A stretch of 64,000 bases of DNA from Bacteroidales bacterium (GTDB lineage: Bacteria > Bacteroidota > Bacteroidia > Bacteroidales > UBA932), in contig JAQWEK010000001.1 of the NCBI GenBank assembly GCA_028704975.1, positions 29,038 through 93,037 on the forward strand, in the 5' to 3' direction. Each line of letters begins with the position of its first letter. Positions within the stretch are counted from its first letter, which is position 1. The position numbers and the translations under genes were made by a program. Of the stretch, positions 19,643 through 29,091 are shown one piece after another. A model generated the notes under the pieces. The model ran no database searches, was not told the origin of the DNA, and saw only the letters and a list, made by a program, of their open reading frames with translations.

Positions 19643-21076
19643 CTAGAATTGGAAATAAATGAATGAAGCACTCTTGCCGCCAAGGAATACTATAACAATA
19701 AGCATAATATAGTATAATGTCCAACGGAGAGCTCTGTTTTTTATGTACGCATCAAATTGAAGCGGATGTCTCTTGTCTCTTTGCAGCCATTCAATAATTA
19801 CCATCACCAAAACCAAGATGATAGACTTCTTTCCAACCGGCAACCCGGCTACATGTTTTGCAGTGAACATTCCGCCCATGTAACCAAATGCTTGTGAAAC
19901 TGTTGTGGATCTGAATATTATCCATCCAATTAAGATTAGGCAGAATGTTATAAGCATTTGCAGAAATTCTTTTATTGACGGAAGTATTTTCCCCGGAGCT
20001 ACTACTGTTTTGTATTTTATGTTGACTCCAAGAAGAATGAATACAAGGAATAAGAATGCATGGTAAAGTCCCCACAATACAAATGTCCAGTTTGCACCGT
20101 GCCACAGTCCGCAAAGAGCAAATACGATTGCAGAGTTTAATATTGTCCTGCCGGTCCCCTTTCTATTGCCGCCCAATGGAATGTATATGTAGTCCGTAAA
20201 CCAAGATGTTAAAGATATATGCCACTTTGACCAGAACTCTCTTGGATTGCGTGAAAAATATGGCAAGTTAAAGTTGGTCATCAGTTGAATGCCAAATAAT
20301 TTTGCTGTTCCAATTGCTATATCTGAATAACCAGAGAAATCTCCATAAATTTGGAATGAAAATAGAAACGCCCCTATGATGAGTGTGGTCCCGTCACAAT
20401 TCTGCCAATTTGCAAATATCTGATTTACAGTTACGGCGCAGTTGTCTGCAATAACTATCTTTTTAAAGAATCCCCATAGCATGTGCCTGCATCCGTCAAC
20501 CGCATCTTTGTAATCAAAGTGTCTCTCTTTTTGGAACTGAGGCAACAGATTGGTGGCTCTTTCTATAGGTCCTGCAACCAGCTGCGGGAAGAAGCTAAGG
20601 TACGCGGCAAAGTTTACAAAACTCTTTGATGCCGCAAGTTTGCCTTTGTAAACGTCTATAGAGTAGCTTAATGCCTGGAATGTATAGAAGCTTACACCAA
20701 CCGGAAGGATTACTCTGACGGTGATTGAATCCACCGTAACACCAAACAGTCCAAGCAATTGGGCCATGCTTTCTGCAAAGAAATTAAAATACTTAAAGAA
20801 CCCCAGTATACCAAGGTTTATAATAATGTTGGCTGCGCTGACTAATTTTTGTTTATTTCTCTTTCCTTCATATTTCTCTATCAATAAGCCGCTTAAATAA
20901 CTAAGAATAGTAGTAAGAAGTATCAGCCCAAGAAATCTACAATCCCACCAGCCGTAAAACACATAACTCGCAATCAGCACAAAAAAGTTTTGTGCATTGA
21001 GTTTTTTAAACACAAACCAATAGCCAACGAAAACGATTGGCAGAAATACTAAAAAGGCTATTGAGTTAAAGAGCAT
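19643..21076 (-). CDS. MBOAT family O-acyltransferase (AlgI/DltB-like)
   Basis: 477-aa polytopic protein with the conserved His block FWSKWHISLTSWFTDYIYIPLGG. Confidence 0.9.
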   Translation of the reverse strand: MLFNSIAFLVFLPIVFVGYWFVFKKLNAQNFFVLIASYVFYGWWDCRFLGLILLTTILSYLSGLLIEKYEGKRNKQKLVSAANIIINLGILGFFKYFNFFAESMAQLLGLFGVTVDSITVRVILPVGVSFYTFQALSYSIDVYKGKLAASKSFVNFAAYLSFFPQLVAGPIERATNLLPQFQKERHFDYKDAVDGCRHMLWGFFKKIVIADNCAVTVNQIFANWQNCDGTTLIIGAFLFSFQIYGDFSGYSDIAIGTAKLFGIQLMTNFNLPYFSRNPREFWSKWHISLTSWFTDYIYIPLGGNRKGTGRTILNSAIVFALCGLWHGANWTFVLWGLYHAFLFLVFILLGVNIKYKTVVAPGKILPSIKEFLQMLITFCLILIGWIIFRSTTVSQAFGYMGGMFTAKHVAGLPVGKKSIILVLVMVIIEWLQRDKRHPLQFDAYIKNRALRWTLYYIMLIVIVFLGGKSASFIYFQF

Positions 21077-21116
21077 TTCTCACAGTTTTAGGTTGGTACG
21101 ATAGGCATTTGTGCGA

Positions 21117-21124
21117 CAAAAATA
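21117..21124 (-). promoter_or_regulatory. Candidate -7 box (TATTTTTG on minus strand) for the MBOAT-SGNH pair
   Basis: The reverse complement of caaaaata matches TAnnTTTG, about 40 nt upstream of the MBOAT ATG. Confidence 0.35.
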
Positions 21125-21136
21125 CAATAAATTGGC

Positions 21137-21144
21137 TATATTTG
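21137..21144 (+). promoter_or_regulatory. Candidate -7 box (TATATTTG) for the second plus-strand block of the locus
   Basis: TAnnTTTG match 39 nt upstream of the ATG at 21183. The nearest upstream TTTG (21108-21111) is spaced 25 nt, longer than usual. Confidence 0.35.
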
Positions 21145-21182
21145 TAATGATTATAATCTTCATCTCCTAACCATTTACTTAT

Positions 21183-23282
21183 ATGAGCAAACTTCAAGGG
21201 CTAATCGGAAAATTAAGATATAATTTTCTTGTCGAATGGTATAATTTCTTGTGGCATGCTTTCGGTAAAAGAAATAGGATGGTTCCGCATATTGCAAGCA
21301 TAGAGGAATCTATTGATAAGATCGTAAAAGACAGGTGTTCTGTCTCCAGGTTTGGAGATGGTGAGGTGTTACTTACACTTCCATATAAAAATATCGGGTT
21401 CCAACATGGAAGCGTACCTCTGTCTGAAAAGTTAACTGAGGTGCTCACAAGTAATTTGCCAAATCATATTGTTTGTTTATCAGATACATTTAGAGATTTA
21501 AAGAGGTACAACAGAAGGACTCGCAGGTTTTGGGCTTGTCATTTTTATCTTTACGATTTTTTGTGGGCCAGATGTTTGGATCCCGATAAGCAGTACTATA
21601 ATACTTTTGTTTCCAGATTATATAGTGATTTTGCAGATAAAAGTAAATGCGGGTATTGGTTTAAAGATGTCAGAAGAATTTGGGACGGAAGGGATATAAT
21701 TTTTATTGAGGGAGAGAAAAGCAGATTGGGGGTTGGGAATGATTTGTTTGATAATTCCAAGAGTATAAGAAGAATACTGGGCCCGGCATCAGATAGCTTT
21801 GAGCGTTATAATGATTTGATAGAACTGGCTAAAAAATTTGGAACAAACGATACTTTGTTCCTTTTGGCATTAGGACCCACAGCTACATGCCTTGCGTATG
21901 ATTTGGCAAAGTCGGGCTATCAGGCTATCGACATTGGCCATATAGACATCGAATATGAATGGTGGAGAATGAAAGCCAAGAGAAAGGTTAAGATTAATCA
22001 CAAGTTTGTTAATGAGGCTATTGGGGGAAGCATGGTTGCTGATGAAGATAATTTTGATTCAACGTATAAGTCTCAAATTATTGCAAGTGTTAAAGATATT
22101 CCTTTGAAGCGTCCGAGAAGAACCGTTGCATATTGTACTCCGGAAATTTATTTGCCCGGAGGTATAGAAAGGGTCGTTAGTACTAAGTGTAATTATTTTG
22201 CCGATAAGCTTGGCTATGAAATGTATATCATACTAACTGATAATCCGTTTCAACCCCCATATTACAAGCTTTCGGAAAAGGTGCATATTGTACAACTTGA
22301 TATTAGATATGAGGAGCTTTGGAATGCTAATATTTTAAAGAAAGCCTTTTTGTACTTAAAAAAACAGGTTAAGTATAAAGTGTTATTACGCAAGTATCTG
22401 CATATAATCAAGCCGGACATTACAGTCTCCTGCATGAGGAGGGAAATCAACTTTATTACTAAAATCCATGACGGGAGTAAAAAGATGGCTGAGTTACATA
22501 TCAATAAGAGTAATCTTAGGAGGTTTGATACTTCTCCCTATGACAGCGGCCCGTCGCTGCTGTATAACAAAATTATACCCAGGCTGTGGAATAAGAATTT
22601 GATCTCTAAGCTTAGAAAGTTATCAAAGTTCATTACGTTATCCGAGGAAGATGCCAAACATTGGAAAGAACTTAACAATGTGGTTGTTATTCCAGATCCG
22701 ATACCTTTTTTGCCTGAGAAAATCAGTGATTGTTCTGCAAAGAGAGTAATTGCCGTAGGCAGATATGTGCCTCAGAAAGGTTTTGATATTCTGTTGAATA
22801 TCTGGAAGAAGATTGAGGATAAATTTCCTGATTGGGAACTGAGCATTTATGGTCCCGGCGAAGTTGAGTTCTATAAAAAAATAGCTTTAGATTTAAATCT
22901 AAAGCATTGTAAGTTGATGGGGACCGTTACACCTGAACAGGTTAATCAAGAGTTTGCAGAATCTTCTATACAAGTGCTTTCTTCCAGATATGAGGGATTT
23001 GGAATGGTTATCATTGAGGCTATGGCTTGCGGGTTGCCAAGCATATCCTTTGCCTGTCCGTCAGGACCTTCTGATATAATTACGCACGGCAAAGATGGTT
23101 ACTTGATCGAACCTATGAATCAGGACTCTTTTTGCAATAAACTATCTTTATTGATGTCAAGTGAAAACCTGAGGAAAGAGATGGGAATCAATGCAAGAAA
23201 GACGGCGGAAAAATATTCTATTGAAAATATCTCCGGATGTTGGGTTGCATTATTTGATGAAGTTTTGGGGACGACACAATAA
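21183..23282 (+). CDS. Two-domain glycosyltransferase: N-terminal GT-D (DUF1792) plus C-terminal GT4 (GT-B)
   Basis: The N-domain has the DUF1792 signature SVSRFGDGEVLL and ALGPTATCLAYDLAKSGYQAIDIGH. The C-domain has the GT4 EX7E block YEGFGMVIIEAMACGLP. Confidence 0.8.
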   Translation: MSKLQGLIGKLRYNFLVEWYNFLWHAFGKRNRMVPHIASIEESIDKIVKDRCSVSRFGDGEVLLTLPYKNIGFQHGSVPLSEKLTEVLTSNLPNHIVCLSDTFRDLKRYNRRTRRFWACHFYLYDFLWARCLDPDKQYYNTFVSRLYSDFADKSKCGYWFKDVRRIWDGRDIIFIEGEKSRLGVGNDLFDNSKSIRRILGPASDSFERYNDLIELAKKFGTNDTLFLLALGPTATCLAYDLAKSGYQAIDIGHIDIEYEWWRMKAKRKVKINHKFVNEAIGGSMVADEDNFDSTYKSQIIASVKDIPLKRPRRTVAYCTPEIYLPGGIERVVSTKCNYFADKLGYEMYIILTDNPFQPPYYKLSEKVHIVQLDIRYEELWNANILKKAFLYLKKQVKYKVLLRKYLHIIKPDITVSCMRREINFITKIHDGSKKMAELHINKSNLRRFDTSPYDSGPSLLYNKIIPRLWNKNLISKLRKLSKFITLSEEDAKHWKELNNVVVIPDPIPFLPEKISDCSAKRVIAVGRYVPQKGFDILLNIWKKIEDKFPDWELSIYGPGEVEFYKKIALDLNLKHCKLMGTVTPEQVNQEFAESSIQVLSSRYEGFGMVIIEAMACGLPSISFACPSGPSDIITHGKDGYLIEPMNQDSFCNKLSLLMSSENLRKEMGINARKTAEKYSIENISGCWVALFDEVLGTTQ

Positions 23283-23295
23283 TACTGAAAAAGAT

Positions 23296-24156
23296 ATGAA
23301 AGGAAGTTGGTATTCAAAGTATATGACCGTGTATGGAAAGCCATATACTTCTGATTATAAGCAAATAGCGGAAGAAATTAAATCAAGGATTTTAAAACTG
23401 CAGAGTGAGAATCCTGTGGCTTCTGTTGTTATGATAGCACATAATGAGGGGGAGAATTTGCTTGCTAATCTTTGGTCGGTTTCTGATATGCGGTGTAAGT
23501 ATTCTGTTGAAATTATCGGGGTTGACAATGATTCTACTGATAACACGTCTCAAGTTTATAAAGATTGCGGTTTGAAGCCGCTGCTTGTAACAGATCATCA
23601 TACAGCGGGAGCTTCCAGGCAGGCTGCTTTAGAAATTTCCAGAGGTAAGTATTATGTTTGCATGGACGGCGATACTATGTATCCTCCTAAATATATAGAA
23701 ACTATGATAGATGCATTAGTGGTTGATGATAAGGCAGTTGCCGCATGTGCAAGATGGAACTTTTTGCCAAGGAAGGGAGTCTCTGTAACAGGAATGAAAT
23801 TGTATGAGTTTTTTAGGAATGTGCATTTGAATGCTTTGGCACATAAAAGACCTGAGCTGGCAGTGAGAGGAATGACTCTTGTTGTTGTATCACAACTGGC
23901 AAAAAGGTTTGGTTTTAGAAGAGATATCAAAAGCGGTGAAGACGGTTCTTTGGTATTAAAACTTAAAGAATTTGGCAAAGTGGTTTTTGTGCGTGATAGA
24001 AAGGCAATTGTGGTTACCGGGTGGAGAACTATGGAAAAGGATGGCGGCCTAACACATTCTTTGTTCGTCAGGTTAAAGAGACATATTTCCAACTTATCCT
24101 ATTATTTTACTTCTGCCAAAAACTACGATGATAGCAATAATAATATTGATAAATAA
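23296..24156 (+). CDS. Glycosyltransferase family 2
   Basis: VVMIAHNEGENL...IIGVDNDSTDNT...VCMDGDT. ATG at 23296 chosen; the track start 23191 overlaps the upstream gene. Confidence 0.8.
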   Translation: MKGSWYSKYMTVYGKPYTSDYKQIAEEIKSRILKLQSENPVASVVMIAHNEGENLLANLWSVSDMRCKYSVEIIGVDNDSTDNTSQVYKDCGLKPLLVTDHHTAGASRQAALEISRGKYYVCMDGDTMYPPKYIETMIDALVVDDKAVAACARWNFLPRKGVSVTGMKLYEFFRNVHLNALAHKRPELAVRGMTLVVVSQLAKRFGFRRDIKSGEDGSLVLKLKEFGKVVFVRDRKAIVVTGWRTMEKDGGLTHSLFVRLKRHISNLSYYFTSAKNYDDSNNNIDK

Positions 24157-24164
24157 ATTATTAT

Positions 24165-25241
24165 ATGTACGAGGTTACTATCGCCATACCACTCTATAAT
24201 GCTGAAAAATACATTGAAAAGACGTTAGAGTCTGCATTGTCTCAAACTTTTGAAAGTATTGAATTCCTTATTATTGATGATAGCGGAACTGATAGAAGCA
24301 TGGACATAGTTGAATCTGTGAAATCTTCAGGCAAACGAGGATCTGATATAAGAATCTTTAAGAATCCTAAAAACCTTGGTATAGGTGCTTCAAGGAATGT
24401 CGCAATTAAGGAGGCAAGAGGCAGATTCCTCTTCTTTCTTGATAGTGATGATATTATGACTACAGATTGCATAAAGGTCCTTTACGCGTCGGCAATTGAT
24501 TGTCACGCTGATGTTACCATTGCATCGTATAAAAAAATTTATGATGACGGGAGGGAGATTTTAACAATGCGGCTTCCCCTGCGATCCGGTTGTTTGGAGG
24601 ATGAATTTGCCGGGCTATTTTATGGAACTCTCCAACACTTTAAAATATCAAACTGGAATGTTTTATTTGATTTGGATTTTTTGAGAGGGACTCATATTTC
24701 TTATAAATCCGATTTGGGCGAGGATATTATTTTTTGGTCCGATTTTATACCTCTTGTGAAGTCCTTCTCGTTGCTGCCGGATATTACATATTATTACGTT
24801 ATTAGGGCTGAGTCATTGTCTCATTATAATAGCAGAGAGGTCATTCCTGTTTCAGAGATAAATGCACAATTATTTGTTAGAAAGTGCATGAAAGAAAAAA
24901 TGACTACTTTAAGAGGTAAACCGTATTTCTATGATATGTGTTTGTGCCTTTCACGCTATTTTTATTCGTCTGCTTTTTTCTTTGTGGCAAATTTTAAGAA
25001 GATAACACCTCCAATGCAAGTGTCTGATTTAAAGGATTTATTGGCAATACCCATTTCCGGTAATGATATTATGAACATGAGACATGGGAAAAAGTTTATG
25101 GTCTTTTATCGTGTGGTTTCTAAATTACCTGACCGACTTTTAGTGTGCGTGTTGTGGCTGAGTTATAAATTTTATACTGTGCTTTTGCCTGATTTAAAAC
25201 TTATTGTGAACCCTAAAAAAAACAAAAATAATAATGAATGA
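24165..25241 (+). CDS. Glycosyltransferase family 2
   Basis: VTIAIPLYNAEKYI...LIIDDSGTDRS...FFLDSDD. Confidence 0.85.
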   Translation: MYEVTIAIPLYNAEKYIEKTLESALSQTFESIEFLIIDDSGTDRSMDIVESVKSSGKRGSDIRIFKNPKNLGIGASRNVAIKEARGRFLFFLDSDDIMTTDCIKVLYASAIDCHADVTIASYKKIYDDGREILTMRLPLRSGCLEDEFAGLFYGTLQHFKISNWNVLFDLDFLRGTHISYKSDLGEDIIFWSDFIPLVKSFSLLPDITYYYVIRAESLSHYNSREVIPVSEINAQLFVRKCMKEKMTTLRGKPYFYDMCLCLSRYFYSSAFFFVANFKKITPPMQVSDLKDLLAIPISGNDIMNMRHGKKFMVFYRVVSKLPDRLLVCVLWLSYKFYTVLLPDLKLIVNPKKNKNNNE

Positions 25242-26604
25242 TTTACAAATTAAACAATCAATTGCTTTAAAAAATAAGGTTCTATCTCTTGTAAAAGAGT
25301 ATTATAAGTTATCTTCTTCAAAGGATAAATTTGTTCCGGGCAAGAGTTACATTCATTATGGCGGGAGATACTATAATGAGAAGGAAATGGTAAATTTGGT
25401 GGATTCATCTCTGAACTTTTGGCTTACGCAGGGACATTGGACGCAGGAGTTTGAAAAAGAGTTTGCCAAATGGCTTGGAGTTAGTTTTTGCAGCGTTGCT
25501 AATTCCGGTTCCTCTGCAAATCTGCTTGCTTTCACTGCGTTGACGGCACCGGAGTTGAAGGAAAGGCGGATAAAAAAAGGTGATGAAGTTATAACGGTAG
25601 CATGCGCTTTTCCTACAACGGTAACCCCGATAATTCAATATGGTGCAGTTCCCGTTTTTGTAGATGTTACAGTACCGGAATACGATATAGATGTTACACG
25701 GTTGGAAGAGGCATACTCTACAAAAACCAAAGCTGTAATGATTGCGCATTCTCTTGGCAATCCGTTTAATCTGCAGGCAGTTAAAACATTTTGTGACAAG
25801 CATAATTTGTGGCTTGTTGAGGACAACTGTGATGCTCTTGGAAGCACATATAAGATTAACGGAACAGAAAAGAAGACAGGAACAATAGGAGATATAGGAA
25901 CAAGCAGTTTCTATCCTCCGCATCACATGACTATGGGGGAAGGCGGTGCCGTTTACACAAATAATGCTCTGTTGCATAGATTAATAAACTCATATAGAGA
26001 TTGGGGACGTGATTGCTGGTGCCCAAGCGGAAAGGACAACACCTGCGGACAAAGATTTACCAAGCAATACGGTGAACTTCCATTGGGATATGACCATAAA
26101 TATGTTTATTCTCATCTTGGCTATAATTTGAAAATCACCGATATGCAGGCTGCAATAGGGTGCGCACAGCTTAAGAAGCTGGATAAGATTGTTGCAACGC
26201 GCAGAAAGAATTTCCAATACATTTTGGATGGACTTAAGGGGACAAAAGGCTTGCTTCTTCCTGTTCCTCAAAGGAATTCCAATCCGAGTTGGTTTGGCTT
26301 TTTGATTTCAGTAAAAGAGAATGCCGGCTTTACCCGGAACGAGCTTACAAGGTTTTTGGAGAATAGAAAAATACAGACACGCAACTTGTTTGCAGGCAAT
26401 CTGCTGCGTCATCCCGCATTTATCAATTTGAGACAAGAATCTGTCGGGAGAAACAAATATTACAGGGTGGTAGGAGAGTTGAAGAATACGGATTTTATTA
26501 TGAACAATACTTTTTGGATTGGAGTTTACCCGGGAATGAAGAAACCTATGCTGGATTGGATGATAAAGTCAATCAGAGAGTTCTGTGATATGAAGCGCAG
26601 ATAG
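25234..26604 (+). CDS. rfbH: CDP-4-keto-6-deoxy-D-glucose 3-dehydrase (E1; RfbH/DdhC/AscC type)
   Basis: DegT-fold protein of 456 aa. It has His-His where aminotransferases carry the PLP Lys (SFYPPHHMTMGEGG). It also has a Cys cluster DCWCPSGKDNTC (C-X1-C-X7-C), with another Cys about 60 residues upstream. Confidence 0.85.
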   Translation: MNDLQIKQSIALKNKVLSLVKEYYKLSSSKDKFVPGKSYIHYGGRYYNEKEMVNLVDSSLNFWLTQGHWTQEFEKEFAKWLGVSFCSVANSGSSANLLAFTALTAPELKERRIKKGDEVITVACAFPTTVTPIIQYGAVPVFVDVTVPEYDIDVTRLEEAYSTKTKAVMIAHSLGNPFNLQAVKTFCDKHNLWLVEDNCDALGSTYKINGTEKKTGTIGDIGTSSFYPPHHMTMGEGGAVYTNNALLHRLINSYRDWGRDCWCPSGKDNTCGQRFTKQYGELPLGYDHKYVYSHLGYNLKITDMQAAIGCAQLKKLDKIVATRRKNFQYILDGLKGTKGLLLPVPQRNSNPSWFGFLISVKENAGFTRNELTRFLENRKIQTRNLFAGNLLRHPAFINLRQESVGRNKYYRVVGELKNTDFIMNNTFWIGVYPGMKKPMLDWMIKSIREFCDMKRR

Positions 26605-26637
26605 CGGCGGACAGTATTAATAATAAATTATCGGATT

Positions 26638-27717
26638 ATGAGCGGAGATATTTTTAACGGATTCTACAAGGGCAGAAAAGTCCTTGTAACCGGCCATACC
26701 GGATTTAAAGGGTCATGGCTTTGTATATGGCTGCATTCTCTTGGTGCTGAGGTTATCGGAGTGGCTAAAGAACCGTATTCTGATAGGGATAATTATGTGC
26801 TGAGCGGATTAAAAGATAAGATTATTGATTTGCGGGGAGATATAAATGATGGCGCGCTGATGAAAAAAATTTTCCGCAAGTATGCTCCTGAAATTGTATT
26901 TCACCTTGCAGCTCAGCCACTTGTAAGATTGAGCTATGAAATTCCTGTTGAAACTTACATGACCAATGTAATGGGTACCATCAACATAATGGAGGCAATC
27001 AGGGCAACTGACAGCGTAAGAGCCGGGGTGATGATAACTACGGATAAATGTTATGAAAACAAGGAGCAGACAATAGGTTATAAAGAGACTGATCCTCTTG
27101 GAGGCTATGACCCTTATTCATCTAGCAAAGGTGCGGCGGAGATTGCAATCTCCAGTTGGAGGAGAAGTTTCTTTAATCCCGATAGTTACTACGCTCATCA
27201 TAAGAGCATTGCGAGTGTGAGAGCCGGCAATGTAATTGGCGGAGGCGATTGGGCAAAGGATAGGATAATTCCAGACTGTATCAGAGCGATTGAGAATAAC
27301 AAGGTTATAGAGATACGTTCACCAAAAGCCGTAAGGCCTTGGCAACATGTCCTTGAGCCGCTTTCCGGATATATGCTGCTGGCAAAAAAGATGCGTGAAG
27401 AGCCTGAGGCATATTGCGGTGCATTTAATTTTGGCCCAGAGAATCATGGCGTTGCAACTGTATGGGATGTGGCGTCCAAAGTGGTTGAATACTACGGAAA
27501 AGGAGAGCTCAAAGATGCCTCTGTGCCGGGCGCATTGCATGAGGCAAACATGCTTATGCTGGACATCACAAAGGCAAAGAGACAACTTGGATGGTCTCCC
27601 AGATGGAGCTTAAATGAGTGCGTAAAAGCAACTGTAGATTGGTATAAAAACTATCGGGAAGAAAATGTTTATGAATTGTGTTTTAGGCAAATAGAAGATT
27701 TCTCCCGTTGTAAATAA
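26638..27717 (+). CDS. rfbG: CDP-glucose 4,6-dehydratase
   Basis: 359-aa SDR. VTGHTGFKGSWL NAD motif, YSSSK catalytic YxxxK, overall RfbG-like N-terminus FYKGRKVLVTG. Confidence 0.9.
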   Translation: MSGDIFNGFYKGRKVLVTGHTGFKGSWLCIWLHSLGAEVIGVAKEPYSDRDNYVLSGLKDKIIDLRGDINDGALMKKIFRKYAPEIVFHLAAQPLVRLSYEIPVETYMTNVMGTINIMEAIRATDSVRAGVMITTDKCYENKEQTIGYKETDPLGGYDPYSSSKGAAEIAISSWRRSFFNPDSYYAHHKSIASVRAGNVIGGGDWAKDRIIPDCIRAIENNKVIEIRSPKAVRPWQHVLEPLSGYMLLAKKMREEPEAYCGAFNFGPENHGVATVWDVASKVVEYYGKGELKDASVPGALHEANMLMLDITKAKRQLGWSPRWSLNECVKATVDWYKNYREENVYELCFRQIEDFSRCK

Positions 27718-27726
27718 ATTAAGGAT

Positions 27727-28263
27727 ATGAATATTATAAAAACTTCTTTTGACGGATTGTTTGTTTTGGAAACGATTAATTTCCAGGATAATAGAGGAGG
27801 GTTTCAAAAACTCTTTAATGCTGAATTCTTTGCGCGGAATGGGCTTGATGCAGATTTTAAGGAGATATATTACTCTGTATCTCAGAAAAACGTGATAAGA
27901 GGAATGCATTTCCAAACACCTCCGGCTGACCATGTTAAATTAGTTTGGGTGAGCCGGGGACATATTAAGGATGTGTGTGTGGATATAAGAAAAAAATCTG
28001 CAACGTATGGAAAATGTTTCTCAGTTGAGCTTGATAATCAGATGGGTAGATATCTCTATATACCAAGAGGTTTTGCGCATGGTTTCTTGTCTTTGGAGGC
28101 CGGAAGCATTGTAAATTACGCGCAAACTTCTTGCTATTCTCCTGCTCACGACAGCGGTATTTCTCAGAAATCCGTGGGGTTTGATTGGGGGATAGAGAAC
28201 CCGATTGTCTCCGAGAGAGATTTGACCTTTGAAGATTTGGAGACATTTAAATCTCCGTTTTAA
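27727..28263 (+). CDS. RmlC-fold NDP-4-keto-6-deoxyhexose 3,5- (or 5-) epimerase
   Basis: 178-aa cupin with DNRGGF and the catalytic-His block VIRGMHFQ. Embedded between the CDP-sugar genes. Confidence 0.8.
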   Translation: MNIIKTSFDGLFVLETINFQDNRGGFQKLFNAEFFARNGLDADFKEIYYSVSQKNVIRGMHFQTPPADHVKLVWVSRGHIKDVCVDIRKKSATYGKCFSVELDNQMGRYLYIPRGFAHGFLSLEAGSIVNYAQTSCYSPAHDSGISQKSVGFDWGIENPIVSERDLTFEDLETFKSPF

Positions 28264-28319
28264 CGCAGATTTAAAGTATATTTGCGTGAACACTTTGATA
28301 ATTAAAATATAAGCTAACC

Positions 28320-29090
28320 ATGAAAGCGGTAATTCTTGCAGGCGGTTTTGGCACAAGATTAAGTGAGGTTACAAATGTAATCCCAAAACCGATGGTTGAA
28401 ATTGGCGGTAAGCCAATCATCTGGCATATCATGAAAATTTACAGCCATTACGGAATTAATGATTTTGTAATTTGCTGCGGTTATAAGCAATATGTCATAA
28501 AAGAGTATTTTGCAAACTACTTCCGCCACAACTGCGATATGACTGTTAATCTGGCGGATAACAGTGTTGAGATTTTGGATAATCATTCTGAAAACTGGAA
28601 AGTCACAATGGTTGACACCGGTGTGAACACAATGACCGGAGGACGTGTGAAAAGAATTCAGAAGTACATTGGAAGCGAGCGATTTCTTCTCACTTACGGT
28701 GACGGCATAGGAGATATAGACATTAAAAAGACAATAGAGGAACATAATAAGAGCGGCAAATACCTGTCGCTTACTGCATACCAGCCTGCCGGCAGATTGG
28801 GTGTTTTGGATATTGAAGATAACGGAAACGTGCAGAGTTTTATGGAGAAACCTTCTGTTTCCGGCACATGGATAAATGCCGGTTTCTTTGTATGTGAACC
28901 GCAGGTGTTTAACTATTTACAAGGAGACAGTGAAATGTTTGAGAGAGAACCAATGCAAAAGATAGTGGCGGAGCATCAGATGCATGCATACAAGCACAGC
29001 GGTTTCTGGAAACCGATGGATACCTTAAGGGACAGTAATGAGCTGAATAATATGTGGGATGAGGGGAAAGCGCCATGGAAAATTTGGTAA
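28320..29090 (+). CDS. rfbF: Glucose-1-phosphate cytidylyltransferase
   Basis: MKAVILAGGFGTRLSE...PKPMVEIGGKPIIWHIM, 256 aa, a typical RfbF/DdhA. Confidence 0.9.
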   Translation: MKAVILAGGFGTRLSEVTNVIPKPMVEIGGKPIIWHIMKIYSHYGINDFVICCGYKQYVIKEYFANYFRHNCDMTVNLADNSVEILDNHSENWKVTMVDTGVNTMTGGRVKRIQKYIGSERFLLTYGDGIGDIDIKKTIEEHNKSGKYLSLTAYQPAGRLGVLDIEDNGNVQSFMEKPSVSGTWINAGFFVCEPQVFNYLQGDSEMFEREPMQKIVAEHQMHAYKHSGFWKPMDTLRDSNELNNMWDEGKAPWKIW

Positions 29091-29091
29091 C

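Noticed and set aside
25405-25977. 190-aa minus-strand ORF, Cys/Arg-rich.
   Set aside because: It is entirely antisense to the well-supported rfbH gene, has low-complexity composition and no recognisable motifs. The same reasoning applies to the other long antisense ORFs: 38238-38765, 43905-44360, 54780-55223, 23652-24092, 32436-32864 and 28359-28745.
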